A stretch of 20,125 nucleotides of DNA, taken from positions 1 to 20,125 of the forward strand of contig JAIPDR010000053.1 of the NCBI GenBank assembly GCA_021737615.1, read 5' to 3'. The stretch is from Desulfohalobiaceae bacterium. Its GTDB lineage: Bacteria; Desulfobacterota; Desulfovibrionia; Desulfovibrionales; Desulfothermaceae. Under the pieces are notes generated by a model. The model worked only from the letters and a program-made list of their open reading frames with translations. It made no database searches and had not been told where the DNA came from. Positions 19,559 to 20,125 of this stretch are shown in pieces. The position numbers and the translations under genes are program-made. How positions within the stretch are numbered: position 1 is the stretch's first letter; every line of letters begins with the position of its first letter.

Positions 19559-20125
19559 CCAGCCCCCGCATACCCTGTTCCTGCCCTCCGCCTTGGCCTG
19601 ATACAGGGCGCTGTCCGCGGCGGCCACCAGATCCTCTGGCGCAGCAGAGTCATCCGGAATGCGCCAGGCCACGCCCAGACTCACGGTCACATGTGCGGCC
19701 ACCGGTGAAGCCTCATGTGGGACATCCAGTTGCTGAACCCCGTCTTTGATTTTCTCTGCGAGCCTCATGGCTCCGCTCGCCCCGGTATGTGGCAGGATCA
19801 CGGCAAACTCCTCGCCCCCGTATCTGGCCGCGAGATCCCCAGGCCGTTTCACACTTTTTTTGAGCTGTTGGGCCACCTGCTGCAGGCACCAATCCCCCTG
19901 TTGGTGGCCGTAGGTATCGTTATAAGCCTTGAAATGATCGATATCCAGCATGATCAGGGACAGGGGGCTCTGATTCCGGGTCATACGCCGCCATTCCCGG
20001 TCCAGGGTCTGTTCGAACAGCCTGCGGTTGGCCACCCCGGTCAAGCCGTCCTGAAAGGACAACCGCTGGAGTTCTTCCTCCATCTTTTTCCGGTGGCTAA
20101 TGTCCCGGACAATCCCAACGGCGTG
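19556..20125 (-). CDS. Diguanylate cyclase (GGDEF domain), C-terminal part; an upstream PAS-like segment runs off the window end
   Basis: The frame stays open to 20125 (HAVGIVRDISHRKKMEEELQRLSFQDGLTGVANRR...). The active-site motif GGEEF and an I-site RPGD five residues upstream of it (RPGDLAARYGGEEF) are both present. Confidence 0.9.
   Translation of the reverse strand, partial: HAVGIVRDISHRKKMEEELQRLSFQDGLTGVANRRLFEQTLDREWRRMTRNQSPLSLIMLDIDHFKAYNDTYGHQQGDWCLQQVAQQLKKSVKRPGDLAARYGGEEFAVILPHTGASGAMRLAEKIKDGVQQLDVPHEASPVAAHVTVSLGVAWRIPDDSAAPEDLVAAADSALYQAKAEGRNRVCGGW

Noticed and set aside
19239-19708. ORFs of 110 aa (minus), 146 aa (plus) and 66 aa (minus) in the DUF433-GGDEF spacer
   Set aside because: Their translations are dominated by heptamer-array read-through (PIQNPQS, FGFWNAEWGMGNGEWG) or overlap the GGDEF 3' end out of frame. 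They have no start context.
1-20125. The whole window as a prophage, integrative element or genomic island
   Set aside because: I recognised no integrase, transposase, recombinase, tRNA target or phage structural gene. The accessory flavour comes from small non-autonomous repeats and a few accessory genes only.

Overview
This is a moderately GC-rich 20.1-kb window. 17 of its 18 recognisable genes lie on the minus strand. The protein styles suggest a Desulfobacterota-like genome, but that is a low-confidence guess. Signal transduction dominates the coding content. The centrepiece is a stressosome module (rsbR-rsbS-rsbT plus a GHKL-kinase/PP2C-phosphatase fusion), with no sigma-B, RsbV or RsbW in the window. 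Downstream of it are a hybrid histidine kinase whose N-terminus is a third RsbT-like domain, a CheY-like receiver, a REC-HD-GYP c-di-GMP phosphodiesterase and a REC-4xPAS hybrid kinase. Upstream are two paralogous periplasmic-SBP sensors (one a hybrid kinase, one ending in a tiny 4-Cys domain) and the 3' part of a PAS-GGDEF cyclase. Other genes are a partial CaCA antiporter, an MscS channel, an AAA-ATPase-like/PD-(D/E)XK protein, a DUF433/DUF5615 toxin-antitoxin pair with a frameshifted toxin, and two gene remnants. The most unusual content is non-coding. (1) Most intercistronic spacers carry arrays of a heptanucleotide repeat (GGATTTT/GGATTGC) that sit at or near the stop codon of the upstream gene, the start codon of the downstream gene, or both, and in five spacers the two arrays are inverted copies. 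(2) A second family of ~120-bp hairpin elements (arms AAGTGCCTAAAGT) supplies the last codons and stop codons of four sensor genes. (3) A miniature heptamer element sits in frame inside a receiver domain. (4) Three large protein modules have been duplicated and recombined among paralogues within the window. I recognised no rRNA, tRNA, CRISPR array, transposase or integrase. All homology statements come from reading motifs by eye, not from searches.
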